Of a stretch of DNA of 64,000 nucleotides, positions 15,578-24,543 are shown piece after piece. Both the position numbers and the translations under genes were made by a program. The notes below the pieces were generated by a model. The model was not told the origin of the DNA and made no database searches. It saw nothing but the letters and a program-made list of their open reading frames with translations. The first letter of the stretch is position 1. The number at the start of each line of letters is the position of its first letter. Source of the DNA: Escherichia coli (lineage in GTDB: Bacteria; Pseudomonadota; Gammaproteobacteria; Enterobacterales; Enterobacteriaceae); NCBI RefSeq assembly GCF_041248615.1, contig NZ_CP158426.1; one strand, 5' to 3'.

Positions 15578-17257
15578 ATGGCGGAAACAACTAAAGAGCG
15601 ATTGAACAAACAGTTCGCACAACTTGAAAGCGAGCGTCAGTCGTTCGAGCCGCACTGGCGCGAGTTGAGTGATTACATCAACCCACGTGGTTCCCGCTTT
15701 CTGACTTCTGAGGTCAACCGTAACGATCGACGCAATACACGCATTATTGATTCGACCGGGACTATGGCGGCGCGCACTCTCGCCAGCGGCATGATGTCAG
15801 GCATCACAAGCCCCGCGCGTCCGTGGTTTCGCCTGGCTACGCCAGATCCTGAAATGATGGATTATGGCCCTGTTAAGTTGTGGCTTGAGGCAGTTCAGAA
15901 CCGCATGAACGATATGTTCAATAAGTCGAATCTCTACCAGTCTCTTCCGCAGTTATACGGAAGCCTCGGCACATACAGCACTGGTGCAATGGCAGTGCTG
16001 GAGGATGACGAGGACATCATTCGCACAATGCCATTCCCGATAGGCAGTTACTACCTGGCTAACTCACCTCGTGGCAGTGTTGACACCTGTTTTCGCAAGT
16101 TCTCTATGACTGTTCGTCAGCTTGTTCAGGAGTTCGGGCTAAATAACGTCAGCGAATCCGTAAAAAGCATGTGGGAAAGCGGCACCTACGAGAAGTGGAT
16201 CGAAGTGATGCATTCGGTTTACCCGAACATTGACCGCGATACATCGAAGCTGGATAGCAAGAACAAGCCATTCAAATCGGTTTATTACGAGGTTGGTGGA
16301 GATAACGACAAGTTGTTGCGTGAGTCCGGATTCGATGAGTTTCCAATTATGGCTCCGCGCTGGGAAGTTAACGGCGAAGATGTTTATGGATCATCATGCC
16401 CGGGTATGCTGGCGCTTGGACCTGTTAAGGCATTGCAGCTTCTCCAGAAGCGCAAGTCGCAGTTGATTGATAAAGCCACCAATCCGCCGATGGTTGCTCC
16501 GACTTCCCTCAAGAATCAGCGCGCCTCCCTTCTTCCTGGCGACATCACGTATATCGATCAGATTACTGGTCAGGATGGCTTCAGGCCTGCTTATCTGGTT
16601 AACCCCAGTACAGCAGATTTGGTGGCAGACATTCAGGACACTCGTCAAATCATTAACAGCGCCTACTTTGTCGATCTGTTCATGATGTTGCAGAACATCA
16701 ATACCCGCTCGATGCCTGTTGAAGCGGTGATCGAAATGAAAGAAGAAAAACTTCTGATGTTGGGGCCGGTTCTGGAGCGTCTGAACGACGAATGTCTTAA
16801 TCCTCTCATTGACCGCGCTTTCTCGATGATGGTGCGCAAAAACATGCTGCCGCCACCGCCTGACGCGATGGAAGGCATGCCCCTGAAGGTCGAATACATT
16901 TCCGTCATGGCTCAGGCGCAGAAGTCTATCGGCCTGTCCAGTCTGGCGTCCACGGTTAACTTCATTGGTCAACTTGCGCAAGCGAAACCAGAAGCTCTCG
17001 ACAAACTCAACGTTGATCAGGCGATCGATGCATTCGCTGATATGTCCGGAGTGTCTCCAACCGTCATTGTTCCGCAGGAACAGGTTGAGCAGGCTCGCCA
17101 GCAACGGGCACAGCAACAACAGCAGCAACAAATGATGGCGATGGGGATGGCGGCGGCACAGGGGGCCAAGACGCTAAGCGAAGCTAAAACTTCGGATCCG
17201 AGTGTGTTGTCAGCTATGGCGAATGCAGTTAGTGGTCAGGGTGGGCAATCACAATGA
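15578..17257 (+). CDS. Portal (head-to-tail connector), podovirus/T7 type
   Basis: 559 aa. The N-terminal LESERQSFEPHWRELSDYINPR is typical of T7-like connector proteins. It has a Gln-rich C-terminus. Confidence 0.85.
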   Translation: MAETTKERLNKQFAQLESERQSFEPHWRELSDYINPRGSRFLTSEVNRNDRRNTRIIDSTGTMAARTLASGMMSGITSPARPWFRLATPDPEMMDYGPVKLWLEAVQNRMNDMFNKSNLYQSLPQLYGSLGTYSTGAMAVLEDDEDIIRTMPFPIGSYYLANSPRGSVDTCFRKFSMTVRQLVQEFGLNNVSESVKSMWESGTYEKWIEVMHSVYPNIDRDTSKLDSKNKPFKSVYYEVGGDNDKLLRESGFDEFPIMAPRWEVNGEDVYGSSCPGMLALGPVKALQLLQKRKSQLIDKATNPPMVAPTSLKNQRASLLPGDITYIDQITGQDGFRPAYLVNPSTADLVADIQDTRQIINSAYFVDLFMMLQNINTRSMPVEAVIEMKEEKLLMLGPVLERLNDECLNPLIDRAFSMMVRKNMLPPPPDAMEGMPLKVEYISVMAQAQKSIGLSSLASTVNFIGQLAQAKPEALDKLNVDQAIDAFADMSGVSPTVIVPQEQVEQARQQRAQQQQQQQMMAMGMAAAQGAKTLSEAKTSDPSVLSAMANAVSGQGGQSQ

Positions 17258-17550
17258 CAGATTACGAAGACGATCAACTGAAAGAAGAAAACGCCCGTAA
17301 GCAACGTGACATGGCGCAGCGTGAAATTGATGACATTCGCTTTGTCATGAGCAGTGAACAGGGGCGTCGCGTTGTCTGGTCGGTGCTGGAGAAAGGCCGT
17401 GTGTTTTCCGCTATCTCACCGATGGACGCTATGGCAATGGCATTTAATGAGGGGCAACGCAATCTGGCGCTGGAACTGTTTCAGCGCGTTATGGCGCATT
17501 GCCCTGAACAGTATTTGAAGATGGCCAAAGAGGCCAGTGAACAGGAGTGA
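17254..17550 (+). CDS. Hypothetical head-module protein (98 aa)
   Basis: ORF whose start overlaps the portal stop by 4 nt, located between portal and scaffold. Confidence 0.6.
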   Translation: MTDYEDDQLKEENARKQRDMAQREIDDIRFVMSSEQGRRVVWSVLEKGRVFSAISPMDAMAMAFNEGQRNLALELFQRVMAHCPEQYLKMAKEASEQE

Positions 17551-17552
17551 TC

Positions 17553-18248
17553 ATGAATTTATTTGAGCGTTTGCTGTATCGCCGTCTTTGCAATGAGCAA
17601 CCAGTCGATGGTGGAGCAGCTCCGGCTGCGTCAGAACCGTCAGCGCCTGCAGGTGATAACCATGCTCCAGTTGGTGATCCATCACAACCGGAAGGTGATA
17701 AGTCACAACCTGTTGCTGATGGCGATAAACCTGCTGATGACAAAAATCCTGAAAACGATAAGCAGGATGAAAAAAAGGACGGCGATAAACCAGAGGGTGC
17801 GCCTGAGAAGTACGAGTTTCAGGCTGCCGAAGGCGTAGAGCTGGATACAGAAGCGTTGAAGGAATTCGAGCCGGTGGCGCGAGAACTAAACCTGACCAAC
17901 GAGCAAGCGCAAAAGCTGGTTGATGCTTATCCGAAGATTCTGGCAGGTGTTCAGCAGCGCCAGGTAGAAGCCTGGCAGAAAACAACCGAGCAGTGGGCTG
18001 CGGATGTAAAAGCTGACAAAGAAATCGGTGGCGACAAGTTGATTTCTAACCTTAGCGCCGCACAGCGTGCGCTTGACCAGTTCGGGACACCTGAACTCAA
18101 AGAATATCTGAACACCACCGGGCTGGGTAATCACCCTGATCTGGTCAAAACGTTCGTGAAAATCGGAAAGGCGATGTCTGAAGATGGCATGGTCACCGGT
18201 GGTAATGAAGGCCAGCGTAGTGCGGCCGAAGTGCTCTATGGCAAATAA
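17553..18248 (+). CDS. Scaffolding protein (putative)
   Basis: Acidic, Pro/Asp-rich N-terminus then helical. It sits immediately before the capsid gene. ATG at 17553 after an AGGAG RBS. Confidence 0.65.
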   Translation: MNLFERLLYRRLCNEQPVDGGAAPAASEPSAPAGDNHAPVGDPSQPEGDKSQPVADGDKPADDKNPENDKQDEKKDGDKPEGAPEKYEFQAAEGVELDTEALKEFEPVARELNLTNEQAQKLVDAYPKILAGVQQRQVEAWQKTTEQWAADVKADKEIGGDKLISNLSAAQRALDQFGTPELKEYLNTTGLGNHPDLVKTFVKIGKAMSEDGMVTGGNEGQRSAAEVLYGK

Positions 18249-18256
18249 GAGAGGAA

Positions 18257-19249
18257 ATGACAATGGCTGTTAAAGGCTTAACTGCGCTAACGCTGGCTGA
18301 CTGGGGTAAGCGCGTCGATCCAAACGGGAAAGTCGATAAGATTATCGAGCTTCTCGGTCAAACTAACCCGATCCTTCAGGATATGCCTTTTGTCGAAGGG
18401 AACCTTCCTACCGGACACCGAACCACCATTCGTTCTGGTTTACCTTCAGCTACCTGGCGTTTGCTGAACTATGGCGTACAGCCAAGCAAATCAACCACAG
18501 TGCAGGTAACCGATTCCGTTGGCATGCTGGAAACCTATGCGGAAGTCGATAAGTCACTGGCTGATCTGAACGGCAATACCGCCGAATTCCGCCTGTCTGA
18601 AGACCGCGCATTTATTGAAGCGATGAATCAGCAGATGGCGCAGACGCTGTTTTATGGTGATTCCAGCGTTAACCCTCAGCAGTTTATGGGACTGTCCTCC
18701 CGCTATTCCAGCCTGTCTGCGGGTAATGCTCAGAATATCATTGATGCTGGTGGCACGGGTACAGATAACACCTCAATCTGGTTAGTGGTGTGGGGCGAAA
18801 ACACCGTGCATGGCATCTTCCCGAAAGGGCAGAAGGCTGGCATCCAGATGGAAGATAAAGGCCAGGTGACACTGGAAGATGCTAATGGCGGCAAGTACGA
18901 AGGCTATCGCACCCATTACAAATGGGATAACGGACTTGCTCTGCGTGACTGGCGTTATGTTGTTCGCATTGCAAACATCGATGTCAGCAATCTTTCAGAA
19001 CCATCCTCTGCCGCAAATATTGCGAAGTTGATGGTTAAAGCACTACATCGCATTCCAAACCGTGGCATGGGCCGCCCGGTGTTCTACATGAACCGCACTG
19101 TAGGCCAGGCTCTTGATCTGCAGTCTCTGGAGAAAACATCTCTGGCTATCAGCGTAAAAGAGACAGAAGGCGAGTGGTGGACTTCATTCCGTGGTGTACC
19201 AATCCGTGAAACTGATGCGCTTCTGGAAACAGAAGCCCGCGTGGTGTAA
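18257..19249 (+). CDS. Major capsid protein
   Basis: 330 aa in the expected position, followed by a stem-loop (GTGGGTC/GACCCAC at 19266-19285). Calling it epsilon15-type is from memory only. Confidence 0.8.
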   Translation: MTMAVKGLTALTLADWGKRVDPNGKVDKIIELLGQTNPILQDMPFVEGNLPTGHRTTIRSGLPSATWRLLNYGVQPSKSTTVQVTDSVGMLETYAEVDKSLADLNGNTAEFRLSEDRAFIEAMNQQMAQTLFYGDSSVNPQQFMGLSSRYSSLSAGNAQNIIDAGGTGTDNTSIWLVVWGENTVHGIFPKGQKAGIQMEDKGQVTLEDANGGKYEGYRTHYKWDNGLALRDWRYVVRIANIDVSNLSEPSSAANIAKLMVKALHRIPNRGMGRPVFYMNRTVGQALDLQSLEKTSLAISVKETEGEWWTSFRGVPIRETDALLETEARVV

Positions 19250-19300
19250 CGCCTGTTATTAACCTGTGGGTCGTAACAGACCCACTAATGGAGAAAGAAG

Positions 19301-19738
19301 ATGATCACCGACAAACTGTTGATGTTCTCCGAAGCTCAGGCGGTTACGAATACCGCGGCTTCTACTGACGTAATCGATCTCGGTCCAATTGACGGAAAAC
19401 GTCGTGATATCGGCGTGGGTTACCCGCTTGAGTTTTGGGTGCTGGTTAACGCAGCCGCCGCAGCAAGCGGTGATGCAACTGTAAACATCCAGTTGCAGAC
19501 GAGTGAGAATAACACCTCATGGACCACTATTTATGATAGTGGCGCACTGGTAAAGACCGCCCTGACAGCAGGTAAACGAGTTGTTTCTGCAAAGGTGCCT
19601 GCCGGTGTTCAGCGATATCTGCGTGTTAACTACTCCGTCGCAACTGGCCCACTAACGGCCGGCAAATTCACTGCGGGTATCAGTCTGGATGCTGATGCCA
19701 ATACGCCGTACCCGATCCGCTCAAAAGTAACTGGTTAA
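19301..19738 (+). CDS. Capsid decoration/cement protein (Bbp16 / epsilon15 gp10-like, putative)
   Basis: 145-aa protein directly after the capsid gene. The family assignment is from recollection. Confidence 0.5.
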   Translation: MITDKLLMFSEAQAVTNTAASTDVIDLGPIDGKRRDIGVGYPLEFWVLVNAAAAASGDATVNIQLQTSENNTSWTTIYDSGALVKTALTAGKRVVSAKVPAGVQRYLRVNYSVATGPLTAGKFTAGISLDADANTPYPIRSKVTG

Positions 19739-19748
19739 GGTGATATCG

Positions 19749-20084
19749 ATGTCAGGTGAGAAACCAAGATACCGCGTTCTGCGCCTCTCTCATATCCATA
19801 ACACACTGTGGCCGGAGGGGGCAGAAATCGAATACGAAGGTGAGCCTGGTAGCGCACTGGAACCTGTTAACGATGCAGCCAGACAGGCAAAAGCAAAAGT
19901 TGCAGGAAAGGTGTCTATGGCAGCAACCAGCATCAAAATCATCAACGATGTGTCAGATGATGGTGAACTGGATAAGCTCCGTGAAGAGTACGAATTGCTC
20001 TTTAACGAGAAGCCACACCATAACGCCAAAGCAGAAACGCTCCGCGAGAAGATCGCAGATAAGCGTAAAGAACTGGGCGTGTAA
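19749..20084 (+). CDS. Hypothetical head-module protein
   Basis: ATG at 19749 after a GGTG RBS. Followed by a terminator. Confidence 0.55.
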   Translation: MSGEKPRYRVLRLSHIHNTLWPEGAEIEYEGEPGSALEPVNDAARQAKAKVAGKVSMAATSIKIINDVSDDGELDKLREEYELLFNEKPHHNAKAETLREKIADKRKELGV

Positions 20085-20100
20085 GCCTCGCGAATCAGAC

Positions 20101-20122
20101 AAGGGGCTTCGGCCCCTTTATT
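20101..20122 (+). terminator. Rho-independent terminator/attenuator inside the late operon
   Basis: AAGGGGC-TTCG-GCCCCTT followed by TATT. Confidence 0.65.
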
Positions 20123-20134
20123 GCAGGAGTGTAT

Positions 20135-20458
20135 ATGGAACTCGTAAACCTCAAAACCGGCACTGACAGCTACCAGGATGAGAGCGGAGAAACCAGAACT
20201 CGCGATGAATACCCGTGGGGGCTGTGCATCACGCTGAATAACGACACATTGAATAAGCTGAAGGCGCAACCTAAGGGCGTCGGAACAGAAGTGATGATAA
20301 CTGCAAAGGCTGTTATTCGAGGCCTGTCTGCCAGAGAAACTGACGATGGTGTTAATCGCAGCGCCGATCTGCAGATCACTGATATGGCGATCGCTACTGT
20401 TTCCGGGGATGTAGAAAAATCAGCGGCTGAAACTCTGTACGGCAATGGGGGTGAGTAA
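20135..20458 (+). CDS. Hypothetical virion protein (107 aa)
   Basis: ATG at 20135 after a GGAG RBS. Its stop overlaps the start of the next gene. Confidence 0.55.
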   Translation: MELVNLKTGTDSYQDESGETRTRDEYPWGLCITLNNDTLNKLKAQPKGVGTEVMITAKAVIRGLSARETDDGVNRSADLQITDMAIATVSGDVEKSAAETLYGNGGE

Positions 20459-21063
20459 TGGCCTCTGTAGTAGAGATCTGCAATCGTGCGCTGTCCAATA
20501 TTGGCAATAGCCGTAGCATTAACAGCCTGACGGAAGCCAGCAAGGAAGCGGGGGAATGTTCGCTGCACTTTGAGGCCTGCCGTGATGCTGTGCTTTCTGA
20601 TTTTGACTGGAACTTTGCTACCAAACGCGTGGCGCTTGCAGATACGAACAATCCGCCGCCAGACTGGGAATACGCATACCAGTACCCGTCCGATTGTCTG
20701 CGCATTACTGAAATTATGCTTCCTGGTGTACGCAATCCAACAGCAGCAATGCGCGTTCAGTACGAAGTTGGTGCAGACACCAACGGAACAGGAAAGTTGA
20801 TCTACACAGACCAGCCGCAGGCATGGCTCAAGTATGTATCTCGCGTTTCAGATGTGAACATGTTTGATGCCATTTTTATGGAGGCGTTGGCCTGGCGTCT
20901 TGCGGCAGCTATTAACATGGCGCTGACTGGGAATGCAGACCTCGGTACGTTTGCCCTCAATATGTACAATCGCGTGATTCTTAGTGCTGGCTCGCATAGC
21001 CAGAATGAATCACAGGAACCACAGCCACCGGTTGATGAGTTTACCATTGCGAGGTTGTCCTGA
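20458..21063 (+). CDS. Head-tail adaptor / tail tubular protein A-like
   Basis: ICNRALSNIG...DFDWNFATKRVALA N-terminus is typical of podovirus adaptor proteins. Located just before the nozzle gene. Confidence 0.6.
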   Translation: MASVVEICNRALSNIGNSRSINSLTEASKEAGECSLHFEACRDAVLSDFDWNFATKRVALADTNNPPPDWEYAYQYPSDCLRITEIMLPGVRNPTAAMRVQYEVGADTNGTGKLIYTDQPQAWLKYVSRVSDVNMFDAIFMEALAWRLAAAINMALTGNADLGTFALNMYNRVILSAGSHSQNESQEPQPPVDEFTIARLS

Positions 21064-23534
21064 TGGCTATCAGTTGGATCCAGCCCAGCTTTGCCGGTGG
21101 TGAGATTGGACCGTCTTTGTACGGTCGTATCGACATGGCGAAGTACCAGGTGGCATTGCGCAAGTGCGATAACTTTATCGTGCGGCAGTATGGCGGCGTT
21201 GAGAATCGACCTGGTACGCGTTTTGTCGGTGCCGCCAAATACCCAAATCGGAAATGCCGCCTGATCCCGTTCCAGTTCTCGACGGTTCAGACCTATGCTC
21301 TGGAGTTCGGACACCAGTACATGCGCGTTATCAAAGATGGTGCGTTGGTGCTGAACAGCAGCAATGTTATTTATGAAATTGCCACGCCATATACTGAAGC
21401 CGATCTGTTCCGAATTAAATTCACGCAAAGCGCCGACGTGCTTACGCTGGTTCACCCGGCATACCCGCCGAAAGAGTTGCGCCGATATGCTCATGACAAC
21501 TGGCAACTGGTTGATGTGGTAACGAAGAACGGGCCATTTGAAGATATCAATATTGACGAGTCAGTGACGGTTTATGCCAGCGCCAGCACCGGGACAATTA
21601 CGTTAACGGCAAGCGCCTCTATTTTTGGCGCGGAGCAGGTAGGCAAATTGTTCTATCTGGAACAGCCTGCAGTGGATTCAGTGCCGGTATGGGAAACCAG
21701 TAAGAGTACGTCGATTGGCGATATTCGCCGTGCAGACAGTAACTACTATCGCGCCGTTACAGCAGGCAAAACAGGTACTTTGCGCCCTTCGCATACAGAA
21801 GGCACATCATGGGATGGCTGGGGCGGATCCGGTGATGATGATACTGGCATTGAGTGGGAGTATCTGCACAGTGGTTTTGGCATTGCCCGTATAACTGCTG
21901 TAAATGGCACTACTGCAACTGCTGAGGTGATTTCCTATATCCCTTCGCAGGTCGTTGGCGAGGATAATGCCAGCTATAAATGGGCTAAATATGCCTGGAA
22001 CAGTGTTAACGGTTATCCTGGCACGGTTGTTTATTATCAACAACGTCTTTACTTCGCCGCATCGACAGCGTTCCCTCAGACTATCTGGGCCAGCCGTACT
22101 GGGGATTATAAGGATTTTGGCAAAAGCAATCCTACGCAGGATGACGACAGAATTATCTACACCTATGCCGGGCGTCAGGTTAATGAGATCCGCCACCTGA
22201 TTGATGTCGGTTCGCTGGTGGCACTGACTTCCGGAGGTGAGTACGTCATCACCGGCGACCAGAACAAAGTGTTAACCCCATCATCATTTGCATTCAGCTC
22301 TCAGGGATCAAATGGCTCAAGCAACGTCCCACCAATTGCCGTGGCGAATATTGCTCTGTTCGTCCAGGAGAAAGGCAGTGTTGTCCGTGATCTAGCCTAC
22401 TCATTCGATGTTGACGGCTATCAGGGGAACGACCTGACCATCCTTGCCAATCATCTTTTTCAGAAGCACAGCATTGTTGACTGGTGCTTCTCTATTGTCC
22501 CTTACTCCAGCGCCTTCTGCATTCGTGATGACGGTAAATTACTGGTGATGACCTATTTGCGTGATCAGCAGGTTTTTGCATGGGCACCACAATCCAGTAC
22601 CGGAAAATATGAAAGTACATGCAGTATCAGCGAAGGCAATGAAGATGCGGTGTATTTCGTCGTTAACCGAACCGTTAACGGGCAAAGAGTGAGATACATC
22701 GAGCGACTGTCCAGCCGTTTATTTACCAGCGATGAAGATGCTTTCTTTGTTGATTCTGGCCTTAGCTATGATGGAAGAAATACGTCTGACAGAACGATGA
22801 TCATCACTGGTGGTTCTGGCGAATGGGATTACCGCGCGGAATATACAATCAGTGTTTCTGGTGGTGCGTACTTCACCAGTAGTGATGTTGGTGCGCAACT
22901 ACAGTTCCCTTATACCGGAGCTGGTCCTGATACTGGCTATGAAGTGTCAAAAGAATTACGTTGCGACATTATTTCTGTAACCAGCAATACCGCAGTAGTG
23001 GTTCGTGCTAACAGGAACGTCCCGCCATCCCTCAGGAATGTGGCCACCACGAACTGGCAGATGGCGCGCCGGACATTTGGCGGCTTGTCTCATCTTGAAG
23101 GCCAGACCGTAAACATCCTCTCTGATGCGAACGTGGAACCACAAAAAGTGGTTTCCGGAGGTGCCGTCACGCTGGAATCACCGGGGGCTGTTGTGCACAT
23201 CGGCCTGCCAATAACTGCTGAATTCGAAACACTGGATATCAACATTAACGGACAGGAAACGCTGCTGGACAAAAAACAGGTGATCCCGTCCGTTACTCTG
23301 GTTGTGAATGCCAGTCGCGGCATCTGGGCGACTACGCCCGGCGGTAAATGGTACGAATATCCACAGCGTGAATTCGAGTTCTACGATGATCCTGTTGATG
23401 ATGCTACCGGAAAAGTAGAAGTGAAACTGGACAGTAACTGGGGCAAAAACGGGCGTGTAAAAATCCGTCAGCTTGACCCGTTGCCGCTGTCTGTTCTTGC
23501 CGTTATTCCTCGCCTTACTGTTGGGGGATTCTGA
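21063..23534 (+). CDS. Tail tubular protein B-like (nozzle/tail hub)
   Basis: 823 aa. The N-terminal SFAGGEIGPSLYGRIDMAKYQVALRKCDNFIVRQYGGVENRPGTRF pattern occurs in podovirus nozzle proteins. Confidence 0.6.
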   Translation: MAISWIQPSFAGGEIGPSLYGRIDMAKYQVALRKCDNFIVRQYGGVENRPGTRFVGAAKYPNRKCRLIPFQFSTVQTYALEFGHQYMRVIKDGALVLNSSNVIYEIATPYTEADLFRIKFTQSADVLTLVHPAYPPKELRRYAHDNWQLVDVVTKNGPFEDINIDESVTVYASASTGTITLTASASIFGAEQVGKLFYLEQPAVDSVPVWETSKSTSIGDIRRADSNYYRAVTAGKTGTLRPSHTEGTSWDGWGGSGDDDTGIEWEYLHSGFGIARITAVNGTTATAEVISYIPSQVVGEDNASYKWAKYAWNSVNGYPGTVVYYQQRLYFAASTAFPQTIWASRTGDYKDFGKSNPTQDDDRIIYTYAGRQVNEIRHLIDVGSLVALTSGGEYVITGDQNKVLTPSSFAFSSQGSNGSSNVPPIAVANIALFVQEKGSVVRDLAYSFDVDGYQGNDLTILANHLFQKHSIVDWCFSIVPYSSAFCIRDDGKLLVMTYLRDQQVFAWAPQSSTGKYESTCSISEGNEDAVYFVVNRTVNGQRVRYIERLSSRLFTSDEDAFFVDSGLSYDGRNTSDRTMIITGGSGEWDYRAEYTISVSGGAYFTSSDVGAQLQFPYTGAGPDTGYEVSKELRCDIISVTSNTAVVVRANRNVPPSLRNVATTNWQMARRTFGGLSHLEGQTVNILSDANVEPQKVVSGGAVTLESPGAVVHIGLPITAEFETLDININGQETLLDKKQVIPSVTLVVNASRGIWATTPGGKWYEYPQREFEFYDDPVDDATGKVEVKLDSNWGKNGRVKIRQLDPLPLSVLAVIPRLTVGGF

Positions 23535-23998
23535 TGATCGATGTTCAAATTATTCCCGCTACCGAAGAGCATCTTCAGATGATTTTGCCGGATGTTCGTC
23601 AGGCTGATATTGACGAACTGTATGCGGTATCGCTGATGACTACCGAAGATGCGCTGCGCGTTGGTCTTCGCACTGCGACTATGGCCTGGTCAGGGTTCGC
23701 GAACGGAGAACTGGTAACCATGTTTGGTGTATCTCCGGCGTCAATGATCGGTGGCAATGGTACGCCCTGGCTGGTAGGAACCAGCCGTATTGAAAAATAT
23801 CAGAAGACATTTCTGCGCCACTGCCGCCCTGTATTGCAGCAGATGCTGGCAGTTTATCCGCGCCTGGAAAACTACGTCGACGAGCGAAACCATGTTGCCA
23901 AAGCATGGCTGCACTGGCTTGGATTCAGGCTTGAAGAAGCCGCGCCTTATGGTGCTCTTGGTCTTAATTTCCACAGATTTCACATGGAGAGAAAATAA
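23534..23998 (+). CDS. T7 gp13-like / GNAT-fold virion assembly protein (putative)
   Basis: 154 aa with a C-terminal NHVAKAWLHWLGFRLEE acetyltransferase-like motif. Located before the internal virion proteins. Confidence 0.45.
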   Translation: MIDVQIIPATEEHLQMILPDVRQADIDELYAVSLMTTEDALRVGLRTATMAWSGFANGELVTMFGVSPASMIGGNGTPWLVGTSRIEKYQKTFLRHCRPVLQQMLAVYPRLENYVDERNHVAKAWLHWLGFRLEEAAPYGALGLNFHRFHMERK

Positions 23999-24543
23999 TG
24001 TGCGATCCGGTTATTGCTGGTGGCGCAATGCTCGCCATGAGTGGCATTCAGGCATACACCCAGTACCAACAGGGAAAGTATGCCTCGAAGGTTGCAGAAG
24101 CGAACGCAGATATAGCCACAGCTCAGGCAAATGATGCAATAAACAGAGGTAACGCTGAAGCTGAGCAACGGCGCAGAGAGACCCGGCAGCGGCTTGGTAC
24201 TCAAGCGGCGACAATGGGGGCGACCGGCGCCGATTTATCTACCGGTAACGCGCTGGATATATTTGGCGACACTGCCCAGTTTGGCGCTCTTGATTCGCTG
24301 ACGACGGTGAATAACGCGCAACGCGAGGCTTACGGTTATCAGGTTCAGGCTGCCAACTATAAAGCAGAAGCCAGTTCAGCCCGTAAACAGGGGAATGTGG
24401 GAGCAGCAACAACATTGCTCACTGCGCCTCTGAAGGCATACGGTGCGTACCAGATGTTTGGTGGGACGTGGAGTCCGTTTACTCAAAGCACTCCTGCGCC
24501 AATCGGGGCAGCAGCAGGAACCAGATTACCCGGAGGATTATAA
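23998..24543 (+). CDS. Internal virion (ejection) protein, small
   Basis: 181 aa, Ala/Gln-rich. It is the first of a run of ejection-type proteins. Confidence 0.5.
   Translation: MCDPVIAGGAMLAMSGIQAYTQYQQGKYASKVAEANADIATAQANDAINRGNAEAEQRRRETRQRLGTQAATMGATGADLSTGNALDIFGDTAQFGALDSLTTVNNAQREAYGYQVQAANYKAEASSARKQGNVGAATTLLTAPLKAYGAYQMFGGTWSPFTQSTPAPIGAAAGTRLPGGL

Noticed and set aside
16394-17131. Long antisense or alternative-frame ORFs inside phage structural genes (16394-17131, 20802-21506, 24597-25214, 12964-13470, 10207-10854, 27603-28079, 28553-29068, 29886-30347).
   Set aside because: Each lies entirely within a longer ORF that has recognisable homology or clear operon context. They are typical shadow ORFs.
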